Position numbers and translations under genes: made by a program. Of a DNA stretch of 64,000 nt, positions 11,990 through 21,515 are shown piece by piece. The DNA comes from Candidatus Krumholzibacteriia bacterium. GTDB taxonomy: Bacteria > Krumholzibacteriota > Krumholzibacteriia > JAJRXK01. Position 1 is the stretch's first letter. Each line of letters begins with the position of its first letter. The notes beneath the pieces are model-generated. The model did no database searches and had not been told where the DNA came from. It was given only the letters and a program-made list of their open reading frames with translations. The stretch covers positions 160,001 through 224,000 of the forward strand of contig JBGPIA010000002.1 of assembly GCA_041484665.1 (NCBI GenBank), in the 5' to 3' direction.

Positions 11990-13243
11990 ATGGCTGCGCA
12001 GGAACCCGCCGGTCCGCTCAAGCTGCCCGAGCCGCCCGCGCCGTCCTGGGTCGCGCCGCTCGCGCTGCTGTTGTTGGTCTGCGCCCTCGGCGTATCGGTT
12101 GGCTGCCAGGGGCTGGCCGGCCGCTCGCCGTTCGTGTGGTACGGGCTAGCCACCTACGTTGCGCTGCGCCACGGCGGCCCGCGCTGGGTGCCCACCCTGT
12201 TCGTGCCGGCTACGGTGATCTTCGTGCTGTGGTTCGCCCAGGCGGCGGCCGGCCTCTCGGTCCCATTGTTCACCGGACTGCTGCTGGCGTACCTGCTCGA
12301 CCCGATCGTGCGGCGGGCGGCGCGGCGGCTGGGGCGCGTGCGCGCAATCCTGCTGATCGCGGCGCCGCTGGCGCTGCTGGTGGTAGGCGGGCTGGCCCTG
12401 GTGTTGCCGCCGCTCGCGCGCGAGTCGGCGCTGCTGGCGCAGCGCCTGCCGGAGCTGCTGGACACGCTGCAGCGCCTGTACACGTGGTTGCTGGAGCGCG
12501 CCGCGGGACTGGGCATCCGCCTCGACCGCGACACGCTGGCCCAGATGGCCGCCAACCGCCTGCAGCAGATCGCGGCAGCGCTGGGCGGCGCGGGCATGAC
12601 GTTGCTGCGCGGAGTGCAGGGCGTACTCAGTTTCGTGAGCTTCTTGGTGGTGACGCCCGTGGTGGCGTTCTACCTGCTGCGTGACGGTGAGCGCCTGCGC
12701 GACGGGCTACTCGGTGTCATGCCCGTTGGACACCGCACGGGCGCGCAACGGCTGCTGGCCAAGGTGGACCGCACGGTGAGCGCCTACCTGCGCGGACAGC
12801 TGCTGGTGGGCGCCATCGATGGGCTCTTGTTCTTCGTCGGGCTCAGCGTGCTGCGCTGCGACTACGCGTTGCTGGTGGGGCTGGCGTGCATCGCTTTCAA
12901 CTTCATCCCCTATGTGGGCGGCGTGCTGACGGCGCTGCTGGCGTTGTCGGCGGCCCTGCTGACGGACGCCTCGTGGCTGTCGGTGGTCAAGGTCGGCGCA
13001 CTCTACGGCGCGGTCCAGCTGCTGGACTCCGCACTGGTCTCGCCACGCGTGATCGGGCACTCGCTCGACCTGCACCCGGTGGTGGTCATGGTCGCCATGC
13101 TGGTGGCGGGGCAGTTCTTCGGCCTGGCCGGGGTGATCCTGGCGGTGCCCGCGGCGGCACTGCTGAAGGAGGCCATCGTGCTGTGGACCCCCGAGGTGCT
13201 CCATCTGCTCCCCGCAGTCGAGCGCACGGAGGGGGAGCCGTGA
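11990..13243 (+). CDS. AI-2E (PerM/TqsA) family membrane protein
   Basis: LAYLLDPIV, FYLLRD, YLRGQL, FNFIPYVG, PRVIG.SLDLHP motifs; multiple TM helices. Confidence 0.9.
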   Translation: MAAQEPAGPLKLPEPPAPSWVAPLALLLLVCALGVSVGCQGLAGRSPFVWYGLATYVALRHGGPRWVPTLFVPATVIFVLWFAQAAAGLSVPLFTGLLLAYLLDPIVRRAARRLGRVRAILLIAAPLALLVVGGLALVLPPLARESALLAQRLPELLDTLQRLYTWLLERAAGLGIRLDRDTLAQMAANRLQQIAAALGGAGMTLLRGVQGVLSFVSFLVVTPVVAFYLLRDGERLRDGLLGVMPVGHRTGAQRLLAKVDRTVSAYLRGQLLVGAIDGLLFFVGLSVLRCDYALLVGLACIAFNFIPYVGGVLTALLALSAALLTDASWLSVVKVGALYGAVQLLDSALVSPRVIGHSLDLHPVVVMVAMLVAGQFFGLAGVILAVPAAALLKEAIVLWTPEVLHLLPAVERTEGEP

Positions 13244-14538
13244 TCCAGCTGCAGCGCGCCCCGGGTGACGGCGTGGTGCCGGGCTACCGCTGGGCGCCCG
13301 GGGACCGCCTGGCGCGCATCGGCGGGACGGCCATCGCGGACATCCTCGACTTCTACTATCTGTCCGAAGAGGAGGGCTCGGTCGAGCTCGTGATCGTCGA
13401 TACGGCGGACCGTGCCGATCGCTACACGGTGCAGACCGCGCAACTGACCACCCTGGCGCATGCGTTCGCGCCCATGGAGTTCAAGACCTGCGCGGCCCGC
13501 TGCGTCTTCTGCTTCATCGACCAGAATCCGCAGGGTCTGCGCGAGAGCATCTACGTCAAGGACGAGGATTACCGCCTCAGCTTCCTCTACGGAAACTACA
13601 TCACCCTCACCAGCCTTGGACGCCAGGGACTGCGGCGCGTCCTGACCCAGAAGCTCTCGCCGCTCTACGTCTCGGTGCACGCCACCGACGTGGAGGTACG
13701 CACGCGGCTGTTGGGGATCAAGCGGCGCATGGACGTGATGGGCGCCCTGCGCCAGCTCGCCCTTGGCGGGATCACGGTGCACGGGCAGATCGTGCTCTGT
13801 CCCGGCTGGAACGATGGGGATGTGCTGACGCGGACGCTCGACGATCTCGCCTCGCTCTATCCGCAGGTCGCCTCGATCGCCGTGGTGCCGGTGGGCCTCT
13901 CGGACCACCGCGCGGGCCTCACGCAGCTGCGGCCGGTGACGGCAAAGGACGCGGCCCGGGCCATCGATCAGGTGACCGCCTGGGGGGACCGCTTCCTCGC
14001 GCGCAAGGGCACGCGGCTGGCGTTCACGAGCGACGAGTTCTTCCTGCGCTGCAGCCGCCCCTTCCCGCCACCAAGGTTCTACGAAGACCTGCCCCAGGAG
14101 GACAACGGCATCGGCATCTGTCCGCTGCTGCGCGAAGAGGTGCGGTCGGCGCTGCCCGATCTGCGCGCCGCCGGGCGCGCGCGCCGCACGGTCACGATCG
14201 TCACCGGCACGCTCGCCGAGCAGTTCTTCGAGCACGACCTGCGGCCGTTGTTGAGCACGATCCCCTGGCTCGACCTGCGCGTGGTCGGCGTCGTCAACCG
14301 GCTGTACGGCGCCGGGATCTCGGTGGCCGGCCTGCTGTGCGGCCGCGACTTCCTCCAAGCGATCCAGGCGCTGCCCGCCGAAGCCGGCGCGGTGCTGATC
14401 CCCGATGTTGCGCTCAACCACGACGGCCTGTTCCTCGACGACCTGTCAGAGGACGACTTCCTGGCGCGCGCGGGACGCCCCGTCCACGTCGCCCGCGAGG
14501 GGCTCGTGGAGGCGCTCCTGCGCTGCGCCGGCGCCTGA
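13240..14538 (+). CDS. DUF512 putative radical SAM protein (TIGR03279-like)
   Basis: CAARCVFCFIDQNP, LRESIYVKDEDYRLSFLYGNYITLT, LSPLYVSVHAT; adjacent to der. Confidence 0.9.
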   Translation: MIQLQRAPGDGVVPGYRWAPGDRLARIGGTAIADILDFYYLSEEEGSVELVIVDTADRADRYTVQTAQLTTLAHAFAPMEFKTCAARCVFCFIDQNPQGLRESIYVKDEDYRLSFLYGNYITLTSLGRQGLRRVLTQKLSPLYVSVHATDVEVRTRLLGIKRRMDVMGALRQLALGGITVHGQIVLCPGWNDGDVLTRTLDDLASLYPQVASIAVVPVGLSDHRAGLTQLRPVTAKDAARAIDQVTAWGDRFLARKGTRLAFTSDEFFLRCSRPFPPPRFYEDLPQEDNGIGICPLLREEVRSALPDLRAAGRARRTVTIVTGTLAEQFFEHDLRPLLSTIPWLDLRVVGVVNRLYGAGISVAGLLCGRDFLQAIQALPAEAGAVLIPDVALNHDGLFLDDLSEDDFLARAGRPVHVAREGLVEALLRCAGA

Positions 14539-14540
14539 CC

Positions 14541-15851
14541 ATGGCCCTGCCCATCGTCGCCGTGGTGGGCCGCCCCAACGTGGGCAAGTCCACGCTCTTC
14601 AATCGCCTCACGCGCACGCACGAGGCCGTGGTCCACGAGGAGAGCGGCGTCACACGCGATCGCCACCTGCGCGCGTGCGACTGGAACGGCGTGCACTTCC
14701 TGCTGGCCGACACGGGAGGCATCGTCCCCGACGGGGAGCAGCGCAGCCTGGACCACGCCGTCACCGAGATCGCGCGCGACACGATCCGCCTGGCCGAGGC
14801 CGTGCTGTTCATGGTGGATGTCGGCAGCGGCATCGCATCGCCCGATGAGATCATCGCCCGGCAACTGCGCGGGGTCGGCAAGCCGGTGTTCGTGGTGGCC
14901 AACAAGGCGGAATCCGAGAACGAGCGCCTGCGCGCCACGGAGTTCTACCGTCTGGGGCTGGGACCGGTGTTCCCGGTATCCGCGCTCCACGGCGAAGGCA
15001 CCGGCGACCTGCTGGACGCAGTCGTGGCCACGCTGCCCCTGCACGAGCCCGAGCCCGCGGCGGACTTGCGCGTGGCGGTGGTCGGACGCCCCAATGTGGG
15101 CAAGAGCAGCCTGACCAACCGCCTCTGCGGCGAGGAGCGCACGCTGGTCAGCGACATCCCCGGTACTACGCGCGACTCCATCGACACCCGCGTCCGCTGG
15201 CACGGCCATGACGTCGTGCTGGTGGACACCGCCGGGATCCGGCGCAAAGCCAAGCACGAGAAGGGTGTGGAGTATTTCTCCACGCTGCGCTCGCTACGCG
15301 CCATCGAGCGCTGCGACGTGGCCGTGCTGCTGCTGGACGCCGCGGAGGGGATGGTGGCGCAGGATGCACGCATCGCGGGCGCGATCCACGACGCGGGCCG
15401 GGGGGCGGTGATCGCCGTCAACAAGTGGGACGCCGTCCAGAAGGAGACCCAGACGCTCGCCCACTTCACCGAGGGCGTGCGCTCGGAGCTGGCGTTCTTG
15501 AACTACGCCCCCGTCGTCTCGATCTCGGCGACGGCTGGGTTGCGCACGGGCCGCATCTTGCAGCTGGCATGGGAGGTGGGGCAGGAGCGTCAGAAAACGG
15601 TTGAAACGAGCCTCGTAAACGCGATACTCGAGAAGGCGCAGGCGCAGAACCAGCCCAAGGTCCACAACCGCGGGACCGGACGCATCTACTACGGGACGCA
15701 GACCGGCGTGGCGCCACCGACCTTCACGCTCTTTGTGAACCGGGCCGAGTACTTCGGCCGCAACTACATGCGGTATCTGAGCAATCAAGTGCGCGAGCGT
15801 ATCGGCTTCAAGGGCACGCGCATCCAGATCGAGCTGAAGGAGCGGAGGTAG
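14541..15851 (+). CDS. der: Ribosome biogenesis GTPase Der (EngA)
   Basis: Two GTPase domains (GRPNVGKS twice, DTGG/DTAG, NKWD) and KH-like C-terminus. Confidence 0.97.
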   Translation: MALPIVAVVGRPNVGKSTLFNRLTRTHEAVVHEESGVTRDRHLRACDWNGVHFLLADTGGIVPDGEQRSLDHAVTEIARDTIRLAEAVLFMVDVGSGIASPDEIIARQLRGVGKPVFVVANKAESENERLRATEFYRLGLGPVFPVSALHGEGTGDLLDAVVATLPLHEPEPAADLRVAVVGRPNVGKSSLTNRLCGEERTLVSDIPGTTRDSIDTRVRWHGHDVVLVDTAGIRRKAKHEKGVEYFSTLRSLRAIERCDVAVLLLDAAEGMVAQDARIAGAIHDAGRGAVIAVNKWDAVQKETQTLAHFTEGVRSELAFLNYAPVVSISATAGLRTGRILQLAWEVGQERQKTVETSLVNAILEKAQAQNQPKVHNRGTGRIYYGTQTGVAPPTFTLFVNRAEYFGRNYMRYLSNQVRERIGFKGTRIQIELKERR

Positions 15852-15856
15852 GCTCC

Positions 15857-16483
15857 GTGCGGTGGCTGCTGATCCCGCTCTTGGGCGGCTACCTGCTGGG
15901 GAGCATCCCGACCAGTTACATCGTGGGCCGCCTGGCGCGCGGGATCGATCTGCGCCACGCGGGTAGCGGCAACCTGGGCGCGACCAATGCCCTGCGCGTG
16001 CTGGGCTGGAAAGCGGGCGCCCTGGTGCTCCTGGTGGATGTGGGCAAGGGCCTGGGCGCGGTGCTGTTGGGTTGGGCGCTGCTGCCGGGTGGACCGACGC
16101 GCGACCTGGCCGCCTTGATCTCCGCGCTGGCCGTGGTCGTGGGGCACATCTTCAGCCCGTGGGTTGGCTTCAAAGGGGGCAAGGGCGTCGCGCCCACGGC
16201 CGGCGCGTTCCTGGCGCTGGCACCGTGGGGCGCCATTCCCGCCCTGGGCGTGTGGCTGTTCCTGCTCGTGCTCACGCGGGTCATGAGCGTCGCCAGCCTG
16301 GCCGCCGCCGCCACGTTCCCCGTGTGCCTGGCCATCCACGAGCTCGCAGCAGTGGCGCGCTCGGGGCGCGCCGCGCACTGGTTGACGCTGGCGGCTTCGG
16401 TCGTGGCGGCCACGCTGGTGGTTGCTCGGCACCGCGACAATATCCACCGGCTGCGTCAGGGCCAGGAAAAGCCCCTCTGGTGA
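15857..16483 (+). CDS. plsY: Glycerol-3-phosphate acyltransferase PlsY
   Basis: YLLGSIP, GSGNLGATN, FKGGKGVA, HRDNIHRL. Confidence 0.95.
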   Translation: MRWLLIPLLGGYLLGSIPTSYIVGRLARGIDLRHAGSGNLGATNALRVLGWKAGALVLLVDVGKGLGAVLLGWALLPGGPTRDLAALISALAVVVGHIFSPWVGFKGGKGVAPTAGAFLALAPWGAIPALGVWLFLLVLTRVMSVASLAAAATFPVCLAIHELAAVARSGRAAHWLTLAASVVAATLVVARHRDNIHRLRQGQEKPLW

Positions 16484-17496
16484 TGATCGGGGAGGGACGC
16501 ACCGCGGTGCTCGGCGCAGGCTCGTGGGGAACCGCGCTTGCGCTGACGGCGGCACAGTCCCGTCACCGCGTGCGCTTGTGGGCCCGCCGCCGCGACCTGG
16601 TGGAGGAGATCAAGGGCGGCGCGAGCTCGCGCTACCTGCCCGGAGTGCCGCTGGGCAGCGAGCTCTGCCCGACGGCGGACCTCGACCTGGCGCTGGGCGA
16701 CGCGGCGCTGGTCGTGCTGGCGGTACCCTCGGGCGTGGTGGCGGAGGTGTGCGCCGCGCTGCGGGCGCGCCCACGGGCGCTGGCGCTGCCGGTGGTCTGC
16801 GCGGCGAAGGGCCTGGAGCCGGGAACCGGACGCCGCATGAGCCAGGTGATGGCCGAGGTTCTTCGCACCGCGACGGAGCGCCATGCCGTGCTGGTCGGGC
16901 CCAGTCACGCCGAAGAGGTGGCGCGCCGCATTCCGACCGCGGTGGTGCTCGGCGGGGGGGACGCGCAGCTGCGCGCGGCGCTGCAGGAGCGCCTCGCGGC
17001 GCCGTTCTTCCGCGTGTACACCAACGACGACCTGGTGGGTCTGGAGCTGGCCGCTGCCGTCAAGAACGTGCTGGCCATTGCCGCCGGGATCTGCGACGGG
17101 CTCGGACTGGGCGACAACACCAAGGGTGCGCTGCTGACGCGCGGCGTGGCCGAGATCGCGCGCTTGGGCGTGGCCAGCGGCGCCCGGCGCGAGACGTTCT
17201 TCGGGCTGGCCGGCATCGGTGACGTCATCACGACGTGCCTGAGCCGGCACAGCCGCAACCGCCGCCTGGGCGAGCGTATCGGCGCGGGCGCCACGCTGTG
17301 CGAAGCGCTGGCCGCGATGACGCAAGTGGCCGAGGGAGTGGAGACAGCGCGCACGGTGTCCATGCTGGCGCGCGCTGCCGGCGTGTCCATGCCCATCTGC
17401 GACCAGGTCGCCGCGGTGCTGTTCGGCGGACAGTCCCCAGGCGCGGCGATCGAGGAGCTGATGGGCCGCGCCCTGCGCTCCGAGCACGAGAGCTGA
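16483..17496 (+). CDS. gpsA: NAD(P)H-dependent glycerol-3-phosphate dehydrogenase
   Basis: GAGSWGTALA, AKGLE, GPSHAEEV, KNVLAIAAG, SRNRRLG, AEGV. Confidence 0.95.
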   Translation: MIGEGRTAVLGAGSWGTALALTAAQSRHRVRLWARRRDLVEEIKGGASSRYLPGVPLGSELCPTADLDLALGDAALVVLAVPSGVVAEVCAALRARPRALALPVVCAAKGLEPGTGRRMSQVMAEVLRTATERHAVLVGPSHAEEVARRIPTAVVLGGGDAQLRAALQERLAAPFFRVYTNDDLVGLELAAAVKNVLAIAAGICDGLGLGDNTKGALLTRGVAEIARLGVASGARRETFFGLAGIGDVITTCLSRHSRNRRLGERIGAGATLCEALAAMTQVAEGVETARTVSMLARAAGVSMPICDQVAAVLFGGQSPGAAIEELMGRALRSEHES

Positions 17497-17526
17497 CGCC
17501 CGGGCGCGTACCGGCAAGGAGGATGC

Positions 17527-17952
17527 ATGCCAGCCGAGCTTCCCGACAAGCTCTACTACAGCATCAGCGAGGTGGCTGAGCACACGCAGGTCAAGCCCCA
17601 TGTCCTGCGCTACTGGGAGTCCGAGTTCCCCACACTGCGGCCGCGCAAGAACCGCGCTGGCAACCGCAGCTACCGGCGCAAGGACATCGACGAGGTCCTG
17701 TCGATCAAGCGCCTGCTGTACGCGGAGGGGTACAAGATCGACGGCGCGCGTAAGGTCCTGCGCGATGCCGCTGCTCGCCTGGAAACTGCGGGTGTGAAGA
17801 CCCCTGCGGGGGCGCGGGCATCCGCCTCCGCCCCGGCCGGCGCCGTCGCGACGGGGGCCGCTGGCCCGCGGCCGTCGGACACGGCGCGCCGGCGGCTAGC
17901 CGAGCTGCGCCGCGAGCTGGCCGAGCTCCTGGAGATGGTGCGCAGGCTCTGA
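17527..17952 (+). CDS. MerR-family HTH transcriptional regulator
   Basis: KLYYSISEVA...HVLRYWESEFP.LRPRKNRAGNRSY; AAGGAGG RBS. Confidence 0.9.
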   Translation: MPAELPDKLYYSISEVAEHTQVKPHVLRYWESEFPTLRPRKNRAGNRSYRRKDIDEVLSIKRLLYAEGYKIDGARKVLRDAAARLETAGVKTPAGARASASAPAGAVATGAAGPRPSDTARRRLAELRRELAELLEMVRRL

Positions 17953-17970
17953 TGCGCGGCAGTCGCTCGG

Positions 17971-18000
17971 TTGGCACGGACCTGGGGGGTCTGCTATATT
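17971..18000 (+). promoter_or_regulatory. sigma-70-type promoter for tRNA-Pro(GGG)
   Basis: TTGGCA-N18-TATATT with extended -10 TG. Confidence 0.5.
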
Positions 18001-18034
18001 CCGCGGTCGGGGCCGTCGGCCCCGCGTTGCCTGG

Positions 18035-18112
<78 letters not shown>

Positions 18113-18195
18113 TCCTTTCTTTCCCGCCCGCCCGCCCGGCCCCCGCATCGTGCCCCTGACCCCGCAACATGGACGGCCTGCGCCGACGTCGCGGC

Positions 18196-18912
18196 ATGTC
18201 TGAGCGACTGCTGGTCGTCCTGCCGGGCTACAACGTCGCGCGCCACCTGCCCGCGCTGGTCGCGGGTTTGCGCCGGCATGCGCCCGGGGTCGACCTCTGC
18301 CTGGTGGACGACGGCTCCAGCGACGGCACCGCCGAGGCGGCCCGTGGCCTGGGCCTGGAGGTACGAATCCATCCCGGCAACCGCGGCAAGGGTGAGGCGC
18401 TCAAGACCGGCTTCGCCTACGCCGTCGCCCATGGCTACGACGCCGTCCTGACCCTCGATGCCGACGGGCAGCACCTACCCGAGGAGGTGCCCCGCCTGAT
18501 CGAGCGTTTCCGGCAGGGCGCCGACGTCGTGATCGGCAGCCGCATGCACGCCAACGCGGGCATGCCCTGGCTGCGCAAGCGCACCAATGAGTTCACCTCG
18601 GCCGTGGTCAGCCGGCTGGCCAGCGCGCGCATCCCCGACAGTCAGTCCGGCTTCCGCCTGATCGCCACTTCCGTGCTGCGCGCGATGACATTGCAGTCCA
18701 GCCGTTACGATCTCGAGTCGGAGGTCTTGATCCGAGCCGGACGCCTCGGCTACAGTATCGCGTCGGTCCCGATCACCACCGTCTACCAAGACCAGCACAG
18801 CTCGATCCACCCCCTCGTCGACACGCTGCGCTTCTTCCGCCTGGTCGGACGCGCGCGCCGCTGGCGCCGCCGCCCGGGCGATTCGCCTCCCCGAGGGGAC
18901 GGCGCCCCTTGA
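18196..18912 (+). CDS. Glycosyltransferase family 2 (DPM/polyprenol-phosphate GT-like)
   Basis: VVLPGYN, VDDGSSDGT, NRGKGEAL, LDADGQH, DSQSGFR. Confidence 0.9.
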   Translation: MSERLLVVLPGYNVARHLPALVAGLRRHAPGVDLCLVDDGSSDGTAEAARGLGLEVRIHPGNRGKGEALKTGFAYAVAHGYDAVLTLDADGQHLPEEVPRLIERFRQGADVVIGSRMHANAGMPWLRKRTNEFTSAVVSRLASARIPDSQSGFRLIATSVLRAMTLQSSRYDLESEVLIRAGRLGYSIASVPITTVYQDQHSSIHPLVDTLRFFRLVGRARRWRRRPGDSPPRGDGAP

Positions 18913-18919
18913 GCGGTCC

Positions 18920-19696
18920 ATGCACATCCTGCTGAGCAACGACGACGGCATCCACGCCGAGGGCTTGCGCCGCCTGCGCGAGGCGTTGCGCGAGGGGCTG
19001 CGCGCGGCCGACCCGTCCCTGCGCATCACCACGGTGGCCCCCGACCGCGAGCAGAGCGCCTCGAGCCACGCTCTCACGCTCACCGCGCCGTTGCGTGTCG
19101 AGCAGGTGGCCGACGGCTGCTACAGCGTGAGCGGGACGCCCACCGACTGCGTGTTGATCGCCGTGCGCAAGCTGCTGTGCGACGCGCCGCCAGACGTGGT
19201 GGTCTCGGGGATCAACCACGGCCCGAACATGGGCGAAGACGTGCACTACAGCGGGACCGTGGCCGCTGCGATGGAGGGGCGCATCCTCGGAGTGCCGGGC
19301 ATCGCCATCTCGGCCACCGGCCGGGGCGGGGCGCTGCAGTTCGGCGCGGCCGAGGCCTTCGTGCGCCACGTGCTCTCTGTTTGGCTGGCGCGTGGGACCG
19401 GGCCCGTCCTGCTGAACGTGAACGTCCCGTCGCTGCCCGCGGACCGCATCGCGGGCGTTCGCGTCTGCCGCCTGGGCAGTCGCGAGTACCACGACCTGAT
19501 CATGCGCACGAAGGATCCGCGCGGCCGGGACTACTTCTGGATCGGCGGCTCGGATGTCACCTACGCCGACGAGAGCGACACCGACTTCGTGCTCAACAGC
19601 GCCGGGTATATCACGGTCACGCCGCTGCGCGTGGACTCCACCGACTTCGGCCTGCTGCCACAGCTGCGCGCCCTCGAGGAGGGATGGCCCCCATGA
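18920..19696 (+). CDS. surE: 5'/3'-nucleotidase SurE
   Basis: ILLSNDDG, GTPTDCV, SGINHGPN, YSGTVAAAMEG. Confidence 0.96.
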   Translation: MHILLSNDDGIHAEGLRRLREALREGLRAADPSLRITTVAPDREQSASSHALTLTAPLRVEQVADGCYSVSGTPTDCVLIAVRKLLCDAPPDVVVSGINHGPNMGEDVHYSGTVAAAMEGRILGVPGIAISATGRGGALQFGAAEAFVRHVLSVWLARGTGPVLLNVNVPSLPADRIAGVRVCRLGSREYHDLIMRTKDPRGRDYFWIGGSDVTYADESDTDFVLNSAGYITVTPLRVDSTDFGLLPQLRALEEGWPP

Positions 19697-20337
19697 AGCC
19701 CTTCGCCGAGGACCGGCGGCGCATGGTACGCGCCCAGCTGTTGCAGCAGGGGATCCAGGACGCGCGGGTGCTCGACGTCATGGCGGAGGTGCCGCGCCAC
19801 CACTTCATCGACCCGGACCGCTGGTCGGAGGCCTACGCCCCCAAGGCCGTACCCATCGGCTACGCCCAGACCATCAGCCAACCCTACATGGTCGCGCTCA
19901 TGACCGAGCTGCTGGAGCTCACCGGGCAGGAGCACGTGTTGGAGGTAGGGACCGGCAGCGGCTATCAGGCCGCGATCCTGGCGCAGCTCGCCCGGTCGGT
20001 GGTCAGCGTCGAGCGCATCGTGGGCCTCGCGCGCACCGCCGCCGGTCTGCTGGCGGAGCTGGGAGTCGACAACGTCGACATCGTCGTGGGGGATGGCACG
20101 CTCGGCCACCCGCCACGCGCGCCCTACGATCGCATCATCGTGACCGCCGCGGCACCGCAGGTGCCTGCGACGCTGCTCGCCCAGCTCGCCGACCCGGGCG
20201 TGATCGTCTGCCCGGTGGGCGACCTGCACATGCAGTTCCTGCACGTGCTGCGCCGCGCGGGCGGCAAGGACGCGCTCGCGCAGCAATGCGCCTGCCGCTT
20301 CGTGCCGCTGCTCGGCGCCGAGGGATTCTCCCCCTGA
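19693..20337 (+). CDS. pcm: Protein-L-isoaspartate O-methyltransferase
   Basis: QTISQPYMVA, VLEVGTGSGYQAA, APYDRIIVTAA, RFVPL; follows surE. Confidence 0.96.
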   Translation: MKPFAEDRRRMVRAQLLQQGIQDARVLDVMAEVPRHHFIDPDRWSEAYAPKAVPIGYAQTISQPYMVALMTELLELTGQEHVLEVGTGSGYQAAILAQLARSVVSVERIVGLARTAAGLLAELGVDNVDIVVGDGTLGHPPRAPYDRIIVTAAAPQVPATLLAQLADPGVIVCPVGDLHMQFLHVLRRAGGKDALAQQCACRFVPLLGAEGFSP

Positions 20338-20367
20338 GCGCCCCGCCACTGCGTGGGAAAACAGCCG

Positions 20368-20396
20368 TTGCGAGCGCCTGGGGCGTTTGGTAGATT
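20368..20396 (+). promoter_or_regulatory. sigma-70-type promoter upstream of structured leader and tRNA-Pro(CGG)
   Basis: TTGCGA-N17-TAGATT with extended -10 TG. Confidence 0.5.
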
Positions 20397-20664
20397 CCCG
20401 AGTCGGCCGTGAGCGAACGCGCGCTTGCCGTGGGCGGGCGGCGCAACCCCAGAAGTGCCGGCCGCTTGCGCGCACGGCGCGGCCGCGCGGGGGCTCGCGT
20501 CCGGCGCGCACGCAAGCGCGGGCGAAGCTGGCCCAGCTCTTCGCATTGCCGCTGCGCCGCGCCAGCGATTTTTCTGGGCGTTGCGATCGTCCCGCTGGCG
20601 ATGGTGACGAGCGCGCCGATGGCGGCCGCGCCCGTGGGGGCTTGGGACGCGGTCCGGAACAGGT

Positions 20665-20742
<78 letters not shown>

Positions 20743-20743
20743 T

Positions 20744-21493
20744 ATGATTCGAGTGCGACACGCGGTCTGGTGGCCACGCCTGCTGCGCGTGGGAGTCCTG
20801 GGCGGGATGTTCGTGGGGAGCCCGGGGCGGCCCGGCACGGGAGCAGCGGGATTCGCCCTGGCGCAGACGTCGCAGACGCCACGAACGCCGCAGGCCTCGC
20901 TCGCTCCACCGCCCGCCGCGGATCTGTTCGTCCGGACGCAGCGCGGCGACACGCTGCTGCGGCTGGCCCGGCGCTTCGGCACGAGCGTGGAGCGGCTGCG
21001 CGAGGACAACGGAATCGCGGACAACGTGCTGCGCCCGGGCCAGAAGCTGCTGGTGCGCGAGGTGGCCTGGCCGCCGAAGCAGCGCGCCTCGCCGTTCCGA
21101 CCGCGTCCGCCGCTCGCCGGAGCGAGCGCCGCGCGCATCGTCTCGGGGTTCGGCGAGCAGACCAGCGCGCGCAACCGGCGGGTCGTGCGGCGCAACACGG
21201 GGCTGGAGCTGACAGCGCGCGCGGGGGCCCCGGTGCTTGGCGCCGACCACGGGGTGGTGCGCTTCCTAGGCGAGATTCCCGGATTGGGGCAGGTGGCGAT
21301 CGTCGAGCACGCGGGCGGGTGGAGGACGGTGTACGGCCCTCTGGATCCGGAGCGCCCGTGCGTCGAGGTCGGCGAAATCGTGCGCCGCGGGCAGACGCTG
21401 GGCGCCGTGGGCGCCGCGGACCCGCCGCTGCTGCACTTCGAGATCCGCAAGGGCAACGAGCCGGTCGATCCGCGCCCCTATCTGCGCTGGTAG
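20744..21493 (+). CDS. LysM + degenerate M23 peptidase (NlpD/EnvC-like); start uncertain
   Basis: LysM (RGDTLLRLARRFGTSV...N...LRPGQKL); M23 fold with the Zn motifs altered (NTGLE, LLHFEIR); surE-pcm-nlpD synteny. Confidence 0.8.
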   Translation: MIRVRHAVWWPRLLRVGVLGGMFVGSPGRPGTGAAGFALAQTSQTPRTPQASLAPPPAADLFVRTQRGDTLLRLARRFGTSVERLREDNGIADNVLRPGQKLLVREVAWPPKQRASPFRPRPPLAGASAARIVSGFGEQTSARNRRVVRRNTGLELTARAGAPVLGADHGVVRFLGEIPGLGQVAIVEHAGGWRTVYGPLDPERPCVEVGEIVRRGQTLGAVGAADPPLLHFEIRKGNEPVDPRPYLRW

Positions 21494-21515
21494 GGGACGC
21501 GCGCTGCCGGCCGCA

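Noticed and set aside
17972..17987. TGGCACG as a sigma-54 -24 element upstream of tRNA-Pro
   Set aside because: No GC at the -12 position; fits a sigma-70 -35/-10 better
20640..20664. GGTCCGGAAC as the SRP RNA domain IV loop
   Set aside because: Lacks the conserved CAGG...GGAA...AGCAG context and flanking helix
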